64,000 nt of DNA from a virus. Taxonomy: Duplodnaviria; Caudoviricetes. The stretch covers positions 1 to 64,000 of IMG/VR virus record IMGVR_UViG_3300005611_001698; one strand, 5' to 3'. This document shows positions 47,203 to 56,912 of this stretch, piece after piece; position 1 is the first letter of the stretch, and each line of letters starts with the position of its first letter. The notes below the pieces were generated by a model. That model saw only the letters and a program-made list of their open reading frames with translations, was not told where the DNA came from and did no database searches. The translations under genes and the position numbers were made by a program.

Positions 47203-47245
47203 TATTTATAATAACACAAAAAAAACCACCCGTCAAGGGTGGTGG
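47203..47245 (-). promoter_or_regulatory. hli terminator plus a dual psbA promoter (sigma70 and T4 late)
   Basis: ACCACCC-ttgac-GGGTGGT-T tract; TTGACG-17nt-TATTAT overlapping TATAAATA. Confidence 0.7.
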
Positions 47246-47262
47246 ACAGATTTTTTACTAGT

Positions 47263-47481
47263 TCACCAAATTCCAGGAATGATCTGCCCAGTAACAGCAT
47301 AAGCACCAAGAGCAGCAATAATGCCCATCATTGCAAACCGTCCATTCATGCGTTCTGCTTTCTCGTTATGAGTTTCGTATACGTTGTTATCCATTTGTTT
47401 TTTTACCTCAGGGTCAATGTACATTTGGGGTTCGGTAGCGTACATATTAGTACGCCCACCATCTTCGGTTGTTACAGTCAT
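47263..47481 (-). CDS. hli: High-light-inducible protein
   Basis: AERMNGRFAMMG..GQIIPG; TEDGGR.N.YA.EP N-terminus. Confidence 0.95.
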   Translation of the reverse strand: MTVTTEDGGRTNMYATEPQMYIDPEVKKQMDNNVYETHNEKAERMNGRFAMMGIIAALGAYAVTGQIIPGIW

Positions 47482-47506
47482 TTATGATTGTTGTAAATCT
47501 TCACAT

Positions 47507-47544
47507 ATTATAAGACAAAAAAAGGGATGCGTCAAGCATCCCCA
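47507..47544 (-). terminator. Terminator with an overlapping sigma70 promoter for hli
   Basis: GGGATGC-ttgac-GCATCCC-T tract; TTGACG-17nt-TATAAT. Confidence 0.72.
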
Positions 47545-47564
47545 TTTTGATTTAGTAACTTATA

Positions 47565-47930
47565 TCAGAACGCGAACTTGGTTCCGATCTTAGCACCGTA
47601 ACCGTTGTCAGCACCGTCAACGCCAGTGGCGAGGGAAACTTCACCGTAGAAGGAGAGTTTCTCAGTAGCAGCAACGGAACCACCAGCCTTAGCAGTGAAG
47701 ATGGTCTCAGTGTCGCCACCATCGGGAGTCAGGATAGCAGGACCACCCTGGACATAGTAACCAACACGGCCAGTCGAACCCTCATAACCAATATGCAGAT
47801 CAGTTGCAGCACCAGCATAGTCACTGCCAGCCCAACCAGCGTTGGTTTCTACATTGACATAAGGACCTGCAAAAGCAGCACCAGCAGACATGGAGAGAGC
47901 AGCAGTAGCTGCGAATACAGATTTGATCAT
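47565..47930 (-). CDS. Small outer-membrane beta-barrel-like protein
   Basis: Signal peptide ending AFA, GPYVNVE, alternating beta strands, C-terminal Phe (KFAF); GAGG RBS before ATG 47930. Confidence 0.75.
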   Translation of the reverse strand: MIKSVFAATAALSMSAGAAFAGPYVNVETNAGWAGSDYAGAATDLHIGYEGSTGRVGYYVQGGPAILTPDGGDTETIFTAKAGGSVAATEKLSFYGEVSLATGVDGADNGYGAKIGTKFAF

Positions 47931-48064
47931 TTTAGATACCTCGTAGTTTTTACTTGTGGAATGGATACCCACAGATGAAAGAAGACTCGACGTGTCTTCG
48001 TTGTTGTGAACCGTTACATTGTGTATCGGTTCAATATTTATACTAACTTGACATTTGAATTTTG

Positions 48065-48886
48065 TCAAGAGTTGTGAGCAGGATGACCTTCGATCTTCCC
48101 ATTCTCATCATACCCAGGCGGGAGTCTGCCCAGGTATGCATTCCAGTTAAACAGAGACTTCCAATCTTCGATCTTATTAGACTCTGCCCAGAAACTGGAA
48201 ATGCCATTATAACTGTTTCTATGAAAGATGTCAATATGTTCTGGGTGAATTGATGACCCTAGATCCAAACGGTAAAGGAACAGAGGAATGCAATACACTT
48301 TTCCACTTTCAAAGATTACATCTTCTGATGTAGCACGTGGTCTTACATCCTGATCAAGTTTAAACTTATTACCACGAACATGTAAGTTATAAATTTTCTG
48401 TGCGTGTGTGCGCTTCAACACATATACAGCAGCAGAAAAATCATTGATGAATCGATTATGCAACGTTACATAGACCACAGCAGGATTAATTGTAGTCAGT
48501 TGCATTGCATCATAGTTATATGGAAATAATGCTGCTGCTTCTTTATATGAGAAAGGCCAATACCTCACTGGATCAAAGCAAGCATCATCCTCCATAATCA
48601 TAACTTCATCACAATCCATCTCTTCGATGAAGTATTTGATTGCTTTGAGATGTGACATACAACATCCAATCTCATTTGGAATCATTGTGTGTGGAACTGT
48701 GCCACTTAGATGCACACTAGGATCATCTTGACGTGCATCGATACCAGCAATCCTAGTATGATTCTCAATCTCCCAATATTTGAATTGATTCTCCATATGC
48801 TGACGACGTTGCACATCAGAATCAAGATTGATCCAAAGAACAGGAGGAATTCCTTTCAGTTTATATGCAGACTTATTTTTGTCCAT
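48065..48886 (-). CDS. Glycosyltransferase family 25-like
   Basis: WINLD...RR..M, EIGCCMSHLKA, IMEDDA. Confidence 0.8.
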   Translation of the reverse strand: MDKNKSAYKLKGIPPVLWINLDSDVQRRQHMENQFKYWEIENHTRIAGIDARQDDPSVHLSGTVPHTMIPNEIGCCMSHLKAIKYFIEEMDCDEVMIMEDDACFDPVRYWPFSYKEAAALFPYNYDAMQLTTINPAVVYVTLHNRFINDFSAAVYVLKRTHAQKIYNLHVRGNKFKLDQDVRPRATSEDVIFESGKVYCIPLFLYRLDLGSSIHPEHIDIFHRNSYNGISSFWAESNKIEDWKSLFNWNAYLGRLPPGYDENGKIEGHPAHNS

Positions 48887-49733
48887 TTCTCCTCCTCACA
48901 TAATCAATTGTTTCATAATAGATTTTAAGTTCATCGGGAGTCATTCCTTTGAGAGTTTCATAAAGATTTTTGTTATTTTGAATGTGTGGATTAGTAAACC
49001 AAGAATTCATAGTTCTTACATGCTCCATGTGATAGATTGCTTGGTCAACTCTTCCAACTTTATATCCAAGTCTTTCAAATCTTTCAGGTCTTTCATTATC
49101 CTCATAACCGTATGAGATAAAGTTTTCGTTCTCCATTCCACCATCAATGTATGATTGTCGATTAAAGAACTGTGCCCAACCATAATCAGAGGTAGAGTTT
49201 TCTTTGTCGGGATGATTTGCAAATGAGTTTTCACAGAAGTCACTTTCAATCAGACTGTTAATGAGTTCTTGATTGACAGTAACTTTCTCTTGATAGTGAC
49301 CCTGACCATAAGGATAAACTAAATCATATCCTTCTTTCAGAATCATATCATATGCAATATTGTAGCTGCTAGTCGGAAAAATCACATCTGTGTCATAGTT
49401 AATCACAACATCAGTCTTGGATTCCATCAACATATCGTTGAGGATTCTGGTGCGATGAAAGATAGGATCTTTACTTTCTTCATAGATCAAAGTAACCGAA
49501 GACATATCTTCAATCAGGTTCTGCAACTGTGGTGCAGCATAACGTTGAAACTTTGATTCTTCATCTACCTCTTGAATAATAACATTAGTATCGAAATTTT
49601 TCAAGAGGTAAGTCAGACTGAGGACAATGTTACGCAAACGATCTTGACTCTCAATTCTGAGAGGCATAATAAACGTTGCATTTCTCAGATCAAACTTTGT
49701 AATCTCTGGTCTCTCTGTGTTTGTTTGTGACAT
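48873..49733 (-). CDS. GT-A glycosyltransferase (GT2/GT7-like)
   Basis: DRLRN, NYDTDV (DxD), GMENENFISYGYED.E. Confidence 0.75.
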   Translation of the reverse strand: MSQTNTERPEITKFDLRNATFIMPLRIESQDRLRNIVLSLTYLLKNFDTNVIIQEVDEESKFQRYAAPQLQNLIEDMSSVTLIYEESKDPIFHRTRILNDMLMESKTDVVINYDTDVIFPTSSYNIAYDMILKEGYDLVYPYGQGHYQEKVTVNQELINSLIESDFCENSFANHPDKENSTSDYGWAQFFNRQSYIDGGMENENFISYGYEDNERPERFERLGYKVGRVDQAIYHMEHVRTMNSWFTNPHIQNNKNLYETLKGMTPDELKIYYETIDYVRRRNGQK

Positions 49734-50433
49734 ACTCTAACTCTTTGCTGTTTGCTTCCCATGATCCGTCTGGATGCTGGCACACAATATCAAAATCAAG
49801 ATTTGCAGAGATGCGATGGTCACCCTCCCTGCTGGCAACAAGAATATCTTCAATAATTTGTGGCATACCATGATGATACCTCATTCTATGATAGAACTCT
49901 GTGTCCATCAGCATCTTACACTCTGGATCAAAAAGTTCTACTGCTTCTTTTCTCATAGTGACAATAGAAGGACCGCCCATAAAGTTCTGTCCTTCTAGAA
50001 GACGTTCAGACCAACGTGGAACCATTGGTCTGTAAAAATCTTTTCCATTCTGAGTGTGGGAGAATCCAGTGACAACCCAAGATGCATTGGTATCTAAGAA
50101 CCTTTCTCTGATTCTCAGAAGAGCCAGTTCATCAGTAAAAACATCATCCTGAAACATGATCTTAATCAGATCGCCAGTACAGTGTTTGATGGCAACATTA
50201 GTATTGGCAGGACCATTTCCATGGTCATAGAAATTCCTTACATATATTAGGTTAAACCTATCAGAATATGTCTCGCAAAGATCAAGGATCTCGTTATTTT
50301 TTGAGTGATCGGATACAAGAACTTCAATATTTTTATATGACTGCTCTTGAATGCTCTCGAATAATTCTCTCAAATACTTTGAACCACATCCACGCATCTC
50401 ATAAGCAGGAATGACAATAGAAAATTTATTCAT
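49690..50433 (-). CDS. Glycosyltransferase family 2
   Basis: SIVIPAYE..QSYKNIEVLVSD..N.N.AI..G..IKIMFQDD. Confidence 0.85.
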   Translation of the reverse strand: MNKFSIVIPAYEMRGCGSKYLRELFESIQEQSYKNIEVLVSDHSKNNEILDLCETYSDRFNLIYVRNFYDHGNGPANTNVAIKHCTGDLIKIMFQDDVFTDELALLRIRERFLDTNASWVVTGFSHTQNGKDFYRPMVPRWSERLLEGQNFMGGPSIVTMRKEAVELFDPECKMLMDTEFYHRMRYHHGMPQIIEDILVASREGDHRISANLDFDIVCQHPDGSWEANSKELEYVTNKHRETRDYKV

Positions 50434-51314
50434 GTTCTAAAAGCTGCTCCAACACGTTTTGCCATTCTAAGGAAAGTGCTTTGCTTTCCAGTATCAAATG
50501 GTTGAGATAGAGCAAGTAAAAGAAAATCAATCACTGCTTCTTTAACATGTTCTGTTCCACGCTCAACGTTGAATACTGTGTGCCTTCCATCCTCATCAGT
50601 GTACGGATGGTGCCAATCTCCTTCTTCAATAAACTTTTCTGTTTTATATTCTTTTGGATAAGAGAAAGCATTGGGCAGTGTGCTAAATCGTGCCTCGGTT
50701 TCTGGATCATCAGAGCAAATAAAGAATTTGTTTTCCGTGTCTTCTTTGACTACATTGTACCAATGATCAACATCAAAAGACTCAATGCCCTTGAAGTCTG
50801 TCATGCGAAGATGAATACCGTAGTATCCACCTTGAAGATTTTGATCAAGATACTCAGAAACCTTTTTCATGATTTTATCATTAAACAAAAGGTTTCTAAT
50901 AGTATTTCTCACCTCTTGCTCAGGTAACCAATCGTAGATAAGTGGAGTATAGTAAAAAATATTCTTATCACTATTAGCAACGGCAATACATGCCTGTTCC
51001 AAAGTTAAAGAACCAGGATCAACCATCTTCATCGGACCATGTTCTCTAAACAATTGAACATGCTGATCGTTGACTGTCAAGAAATCATACTTATCCACAT
51101 GAGGATAAAACTCTTTGAGTCTCCAATCGACAACGTTCTCAACTGGTGCAAAGATATCATCCCATAAAGCACGACACATATTTGTGCTTGGCCAACTGAT
51201 GGTTGCAGGAAGTCCACACAGTCTTGCTAGTGTAAGACCTCCAATCAAACCACTATATCTGTTGCCAAAACTACCGTCACAACAGATATGAACATGTTTT
51301 ACATTTTCACTCAT
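50430..51314 (-). CDS. GT-B fucosyltransferase-like protein (O-FucT/NodZ-like)
   Basis: GSFGNR, GIHLRMTD, FICSDD, D..LL..S..STF. Confidence 0.6.
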   Translation of the reverse strand: MSENVKHVHICCDGSFGNRYSGLIGGLTLARLCGLPATISWPSTNMCRALWDDIFAPVENVVDWRLKEFYPHVDKYDFLTVNDQHVQLFREHGPMKMVDPGSLTLEQACIAVANSDKNIFYYTPLIYDWLPEQEVRNTIRNLLFNDKIMKKVSEYLDQNLQGGYYGIHLRMTDFKGIESFDVDHWYNVVKEDTENKFFICSDDPETEARFSTLPNAFSYPKEYKTEKFIEEGDWHHPYTDEDGRHTVFNVERGTEHVKEAVIDFLLLALSQPFDTGKQSTFLRMAKRVGAAFRT

Positions 51315-52137
51315 CGTTTCTGATGTCCTCGATTACAAATGCATCTGGTTCTTGTTTGAAGTATCCAACAACTGTATTACGATCTTGGAAAATCTGATCC
51401 CAATCATCAATGTTAGAAATGAAATCTTTCTTTTCTTTAACCTTAACCGTTGTCATACCCCATGATTCTGGGCGATGACGAACACGAATGTAATCATCTT
51501 CATATCTGAATCCTTGATTACCATACTTCTCAAACAGTTCTGTAATACCAAAGAAACGACCAACAGCAACCTCAGGACGATCCCATTTGAGACCTTTCTC
51601 TTGAACCTCAGGATGCCAAGTTAGATCATGCATTCCTTCTGGCCAGTTGGTATCATGGAAGACAATAAATCCACCCTCCTTCACATGAGGATACCAATGA
51701 TAAAGTTCACTTGCAACTTGACATGCAACATGAATAGAATCCACAAAAAGTAAACTCACTTCTCCATATTCATCGGTGTCCCAATACTTTCCAACACTAG
51801 AACTATCGCCTTGAATCAGATTATAGTTTGGAAACTCCCAAAGATCAAATCCTAGACGCCTAAACTGAGTATCTACACCGTAAACTTTATTGTCCCTCTC
51901 AATAGAATCATAGGTCATTGTAAGTGAAGAGACACCATAGTCAACTCCTAAGTCAACAAAGATATTTCCTTCACCACATTGATCTACAACTCTTGCGAGT
52001 TCATAGATGTTAGTTCCAAGATTACTAAATTGAAAGTTTTCTTCGGTGGAAAAGTTCCAACCACCATATTTTCCAGCACGAATACCAATACCAGGTACTA
52101 CTTGTGTATAATGATGTCCAGTCATATCAAAATCCAA
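51307..52137 (-). CDS. Class I SAM-dependent methyltransferase (Methyltransf_24-like)
   Basis: VDLGVDYGVS, GDS, LLFVDSIH, GGFIVFHDT. Confidence 0.8.
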   Translation of the reverse strand: MDFDMTGHHYTQVVPGIGIRAGKYGGWNFSTEENFQFSNLGTNIYELARVVDQCGEGNIFVDLGVDYGVSSLTMTYDSIERDNKVYGVDTQFRRLGFDLWEFPNYNLIQGDSSSVGKYWDTDEYGEVSLLFVDSIHVACQVASELYHWYPHVKEGGFIVFHDTNWPEGMHDLTWHPEVQEKGLKWDRPEVAVGRFFGITELFEKYGNQGFRYEDDYIRVRHRPESWGMTTVKVKEKKDFISNIDDWDQIFQDRNTVVGYFKQEPDAFVIEDIRNDE

Positions 52138-53458
52138 TTTTTTCGTTTTCGCAAAAGGGATAATTGTTTTCAGTCAAATAGTTATAGAGAACTGATTTGT
52201 ACTTTGAATTCTTTAATTCAGGAGTAAGTGAAAGAAACTCCTGTACGACATATTTATCAAGGTATGGGTATCGTGTTTCAATACCAAAAGACCCTGCGAC
52301 GTGTTCTTCTTTGGCGATGTAAGTTTCTTGTGAGCTTCCGTAGAATGATGCCCATGGGAAAATTGTTCTGAGATCATCAGGGAAAATACCACCAAAATTA
52401 CTATGTTGATATTTTTTTACTCCGCCGAATCCATAATCGGAGAAGATTTCGTCGGCACCTGATCCTGAAAGATAGACCTTGTTTCCGTCTCTGGTGGCAT
52501 GGTCACATATAAAAGCGAGAGAACCACCACCGTGATCATCGACAATATCCATTCCGTATTCATTGTAGTCGCTCGATGATGAGTGTATTGTATTTTTGAA
52601 AGGTTCAACGACAGACATAATGTATTGAACAATCATTCCACGATCTTGTTCGGGAAGAGTGTACACTTTATGTATAGAGTTATCATTAAAAATTTGATGG
52701 CGGCGATCAAGCACATCCATATTTTCTGTGCCAGTCAGAGTATATGCAGTATGTGGTACATTTTGTTTACGAAGTTCGCAAGCAATCGATCCACTATCAT
52801 ATCCACTGGACAATCCAATGAAGATTTTCTCTCGACAATTTTGAGTCCTCTTTCTGATTGCCTCAGAGAATGCAGCATTCCAATCATCAAAAGAATCCTT
52901 AGTTTGATTCAAATCAAAATCAAATAGAGTTCCCTGATCCTCGATACAATACTCTCTGGTGTGTGAATCAAATCCAATCAGTAGTCTGGTGTTTGCGGGA
53001 ACTTTCTTTGGATTTTTAAATCCAAGTCCCAAAAGTGCAGACTCGTATGAAGCCACACCAATCTCACCATCTTCAACACACCACCACAGTGGTTTGGTTG
53101 CAAAGACATCAGTTGAGAGAAGAATCTTTTGATTCCTGTAATCAACTAAACAAATAGCAAACTCACCATCTAAATGCCTTGGCATTCTAAATCCATACTG
53201 AAAATAACGAGGAATAATAATCTTCCCGTCACTATCATACCCATCTGCGTTATAAATCTCGCCGTTATATACAACTACAACTTCACGCTCTTCATCAACA
53301 AACGGTTGAGGTGTAAACTCACCAGTAATGCTGAGTAGATTATGCATAAAAAAATAATCTCCAACCTCAATGAGGTTGGTCTTATCAGGACCACGCCTCA
53401 CCATCAAACGGTTGGAGTCTGCATTTGGTTCTTTACTAGAAAAAAGAAAACTACACAT
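52127..53458 (-). CDS. asnB: Asparagine-synthetase-like glutamine amidotransferase
   Basis: Cys2, RGPD, YNGEIYN, LDGEFA, LSSGYDS, SGSGADEIF, E.R.PYLD. Confidence 0.88.
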   Translation of the reverse strand: MCSFLFSSKEPNADSNRLMVRRGPDKTNLIEVGDYFFMHNLLSITGEFTPQPFVDEEREVVVVYNGEIYNADGYDSDGKIIIPRYFQYGFRMPRHLDGEFAICLVDYRNQKILLSTDVFATKPLWWCVEDGEIGVASYESALLGLGFKNPKKVPANTRLLIGFDSHTREYCIEDQGTLFDFDLNQTKDSFDDWNAAFSEAIRKRTQNCREKIFIGLSSGYDSGSIACELRKQNVPHTAYTLTGTENMDVLDRRHQIFNDNSIHKVYTLPEQDRGMIVQYIMSVVEPFKNTIHSSSSDYNEYGMDIVDDHGGGSLAFICDHATRDGNKVYLSGSGADEIFSDYGFGGVKKYQHSNFGGIFPDDLRTIFPWASFYGSSQETYIAKEEHVAGSFGIETRYPYLDKYVVQEFLSLTPELKNSKYKSVLYNYLTENNYPFCENEKIGF

Positions 53459-54164
53459 CTGGGGACAGAAAATTATGTACTCTACTGTGATTTGAGTTTC
53501 TTACCTGAGGAAGAATACTGTTTCTCATGATTCCATTTGCATTACCAGGCATAATAGCAGGTGTGATGCGATGTGCTGTCAAAGCAAAAGGAAGACTCAG
53601 TTGATCACGTGAAGAATACTTACAGATCAACTCCCACCATGTTAGCATAAGTGCTTGGATTTGTGGAGTATTTCTTTGAATTCTGCATGGAAGTTCATAT
53701 AATCCAATTTCCTCAGCATAACCACAAGACTTATAAAAGTTCATCTGAGACTGAACATTATATCCTTTATCAAACTTTGTTGCTAAAATAATATCTGCCT
53801 CTCGATACACACAGTTACGTTCAGGATGTTTGAATAGAGCAATATCAGCATCCTTCAAATACATTTCAATAATCTGTTTTGGATCCATCGCAACCATGTG
53901 AGTTGAATCAATCCAAATATAGTAATCGTATCCAGGAAGAAACAGATGAGGGAGGACTTTAAATATTTTTGCGTGTCTACGATTAGTATAAGTTCTATCA
54001 GTTGTCCATTGAGGAACTGGATGAAACTTCCACATTGATTCAGTGGGACGTTCTAACCCAGAGGTAAAGTCCACAAAGGCATGGTAATCCACACCCTCAA
54101 AAGGATTAGCAGATTCAACGGGAAGACCAGCACCAACAGATGCTGTTACGACTGCGATTTTCAT
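53451..54164 (-). CDS. DUF616/TOD1-MUCI70-like glycosyltransferase
   Basis: KVLPHLFLP.YDY.IWID, HPERNCVY.EA, RDQLS. Confidence 0.75.
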   Translation of the reverse strand: MKIAVVTASVGAGLPVESANPFEGVDYHAFVDFTSGLERPTESMWKFHPVPQWTTDRTYTNRRHAKIFKVLPHLFLPGYDYYIWIDSTHMVAMDPKQIIEMYLKDADIALFKHPERNCVYREADIILATKFDKGYNVQSQMNFYKSCGYAEEIGLYELPCRIQRNTPQIQALMLTWWELICKYSSRDQLSLPFALTAHRITPAIMPGNANGIMRNSILPQVRNSNHSRVHNFLSPDV

Positions 54165-55021
54165 AAACGAATCCAATTACGATTTTCAGGAATCAAATCT
54201 TTGGTATCATGGCTTGCATAAGCAGGACCAAACCACTTCACGGGAGATACCAGAGTACGAGTGCGGTTCTTTTGAAGGAATGCACCCCACCATGATAGCG
54301 AACTATTAGCAGTGATGCCACCATCACACAGAGACATCAGACATAGATCAACAAATGGAACCAAGGCACCATCTTCATGCTTATCAGTAGACTCAGAGAA
54401 GTTGAAACGATCATCAGAGAAGAACTCTTGCTCTTTACACCAATCAATTGAATCGGAAAATACGATTACAGGTACATCATCTGGGAACTGTTTCAGTGCT
54501 TCCTCATAGTATTCCAGAGTCTGTACAGGATGTTGATCTTGTAGATTTACATATGCCCACTTGAATCCACGCTTGTCAGCAAGATTAGGATCACCGCGAC
54601 GAACGTGCAACATGATGGGACGAGTTTCAAAACTCTTCATCATTTCTTGACATGGTTCAAGAATACCTTTCTTGAACTCAAAATCCTGACGGATATCGTT
54701 CTCAATATGTGCCCAATATTTAATGGTCTGATAGAAACCATAAAGGTTTACATTATCTGGACATTTTTCAAACAGCATTTCATTGAAATGAAACTGTCCT
54801 TCCTGCACATATTGCTCTGATGGATAAAATCCAATATTCCTGTCAGCAACATTAGTCAGTTTAAAACAGTCATGAAGACCATAGTTATCTACGCTGTCAT
54901 ACGGTGGTGGAAACATGAAGTCATATTCATGCCGTGCTGCAATGCCACGCAGAGCAGCATACTGGAACATCTGATTACCCAGACGCCCATTGTTTCCCAA
55001 ACCATTATATCCAATACTCAT
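54161..55021 (-). CDS. GT11 alpha-1,2-fucosyl/colitosyl-transferase
   Basis: GRLGNQMFQYA, HVRRGD, FSD, DL.LMS.C..ANSS.SWWGA. Confidence 0.9.
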   Translation of the reverse strand: MSIGYNGLGNNGRLGNQMFQYAALRGIAARHEYDFMFPPPYDSVDNYGLHDCFKLTNVADRNIGFYPSEQYVQEGQFHFNEMLFEKCPDNVNLYGFYQTIKYWAHIENDIRQDFEFKKGILEPCQEMMKSFETRPIMLHVRRGDPNLADKRGFKWAYVNLQDQHPVQTLEYYEEALKQFPDDVPVIVFSDSIDWCKEQEFFSDDRFNFSESTDKHEDGALVPFVDLCLMSLCDGGITANSSLSWWGAFLQKNRTRTLVSPVKWFGPAYASHDTKDLIPENRNWIRL

Positions 55022-55878
55022 CCTCTTTCCTCCTTCATTTGATTGAATACTTTTGCAATACCATCTTGAATATTAGTTTTCGGCATCCACCAACCACTAA
55101 TATAAGTGTCTGCCTCATTCTTTTTATTCTGTTGTACTGTATCTTTTGCCTCTGCTGGCTTAAAGATAACTGTCTTATTGATCAGATTGAACTGTCCAGT
55201 AATTATCTGAGCAATCTCTTTGATCGTTGTTGTGTTAAAAGATGTGATGTGAAGAGGATCATCAATCTTGAAGTCAGTGAAAGAGTTCATCACTTCTTCA
55301 AGTGCCTCACAACAATCCTCAGCATACAAGAACTGACGTTCCTCAGTGCCATCAGTCAGCATCTCAACAGTGCCACCATCCTCAACTTCAAATCCTTTAC
55401 GGATGAAGTCAGTAATGACGTGAGACTTCTCTTCATCATGCTCAATACCATACACGTTCCAGAACTTAACGGTCAGTCCTTTGAGAGCACGGGTATAAAG
55501 TTCACCCACACGTTTCAGAACACCATACGGAGAGTAACTCATGTTGCTCATTTGAGATGATGCAAACACAAACGGTTTCTTATACTTTTCCAAGAACCCA
55601 AACGTTTGTGCCATCAGCCTGGTGTTGTTGTTGATGAAGTCAAACGTGTGTTGATACTTGGCCAGATAACGTGAACCACCAACATCAAATGCAAGGAAGA
55701 ATACAAAGTCACTGTCTTGAATCTTCCTTTCAAGAATCTGATTGGGAAAATAAGTTAGGTCTTCAAGAGGTGATCTAACAATATCAAACTCATAGACCTT
55801 GTAACCTTTGTCACGAAGGTAAGTTGTCAAGTAGGCACCAATCTGCCCACTCGACCCAAGAATAGTTACAGTCTTCAT
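55018..55878 (-). CDS. NAD-dependent nucleotide-sugar epimerase/dehydratase
   Basis: GSSGQIG, YGVLK (YxxxK), NVYG, RQFLY.ED. Confidence 0.85.
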   Translation of the reverse strand: MKTVTILGSSGQIGAYLTTYLRDKGYKVYEFDIVRSPLEDLTYFPNQILERKIQDSDFVFFLAFDVGGSRYLAKYQHTFDFINNNTRLMAQTFGFLEKYKKPFVFASSQMSNMSYSPYGVLKRVGELYTRALKGLTVKFWNVYGIEHDEEKSHVITDFIRKGFEVEDGGTVEMLTDGTEERQFLYAEDCCEALEEVMNSFTDFKIDDPLHITSFNTTTIKEIAQIITGQFNLINKTVIFKPAEAKDTVQQNKKNEADTYISGWWMPKTNIQDGIAKVFNQMKEERG

Positions 55879-56912
55879 TTCTTAGCAGCAATTTGTTCAG
55901 AGATCCATGCGTAAGTTTGTGCAATACCCTCTTCAAGAGTTGTGCTGTAATCCCATTGCAGTTTCTCGCGGATCAGATCATTGTTAGAGTTGCGACCACG
56001 AACACCCAGAGGACCATCAATGTGCTCAATATTGATGGTTTTGCCAGCAACCTTAGCAACAGTTTCCACAAGGCGATTGATCGTCACCATCTCCTCAGAA
56101 CCAATGTTTACAGGACCAAGGAAATCAGATTCCATCAGACGACGGGTGGCTTCAATACACTCATCAATGTAAAGGAATGAACGAGTCTGTTCTCCATCAC
56201 CCCATACTTCAATGGTGCCACCATCCTCAGCATATGCAACCTTACGACACATAGCAGCAGGAGACTTCTCCTTACCACCTTCCCAGGTGCTATCAGGACC
56301 GTAGATGTTATGGAAGCGAGCAATCCTAACAGGAATGCCATGATTACGATTGAACGTCAAATACAGACGCTCAGAGAACAGTTTCTCCCAACCATACTCA
56401 GAGTCAGGACCAGCAGGATATGCATCAGACTCTTTCAGTCCAGGATTGTCTACATCCATCTGAGCATACTCAGGATACATGCAAGCAGAGGATGAATAGA
56501 AGATCTTGGTTTTATTAATTTCTTTTTTCTTATTCAGTTCAAGTTGTGATTTGAGGATGTTAAGGTTGATAGAAGCAGAGTTATACATTACCTCCGAATC
56601 ATTTTCTCCACTGAAAATGTATCCAGCACCACCCATATCAGCAGCATACTGATAGATCTCATTAAAAGGTTGTTGAAATGATTCAGGAGTCTGATGATAA
56701 AAGTTACCTTGCTCACCAGAAAAGCGAATCACACGATCAACAAACTTTTGGTCTGTCAGATTTCCGATGATGAATTCGTCCGCAGCAGACTGCGAATATT
56801 CAGGAAGTTTAACGTCCACTCCACGAACCCAATATCCCTCTTCTTTTAGTCGGCGGACCATGTGACTGCCGATGAAACCACCAGCACCACATACAAGTGC
56901 AGTCTTAGTCAT
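55875..56912 (-). CDS. GDP-mannose 3',5'-epimerase-like protein
   Basis: GAGGFIG, AADMGGAG, YSSSACMYP, YGWEK, RFHNIYGP..W.GG.EKSPAA.CRK, GVRGRNS.N. Confidence 0.85.
   Translation of the reverse strand: MTKTALVCGAGGFIGSHMVRRLKEEGYWVRGVDVKLPEYSQSAADEFIIGNLTDQKFVDRVIRFSGEQGNFYHQTPESFQQPFNEIYQYAADMGGAGYIFSGENDSEVMYNSASINLNILKSQLELNKKKEINKTKIFYSSSACMYPEYAQMDVDNPGLKESDAYPAGPDSEYGWEKLFSERLYLTFNRNHGIPVRIARFHNIYGPDSTWEGGKEKSPAAMCRKVAYAEDGGTIEVWGDGEQTRSFLYIDECIEATRRLMESDFLGPVNIGSEEMVTINRLVETVAKVAGKTINIEHIDGPLGVRGRNSNNDLIREKLQWDYSTTLEEGIAQTYAWISEQIAAKK

Noticed and set aside
47931-48068. N-terminal extension of the outer-membrane protein as given in the ORF track
   Set aside because: The signal peptide and RBS point to ATG 47930; the upstream part looks like promoter and leader
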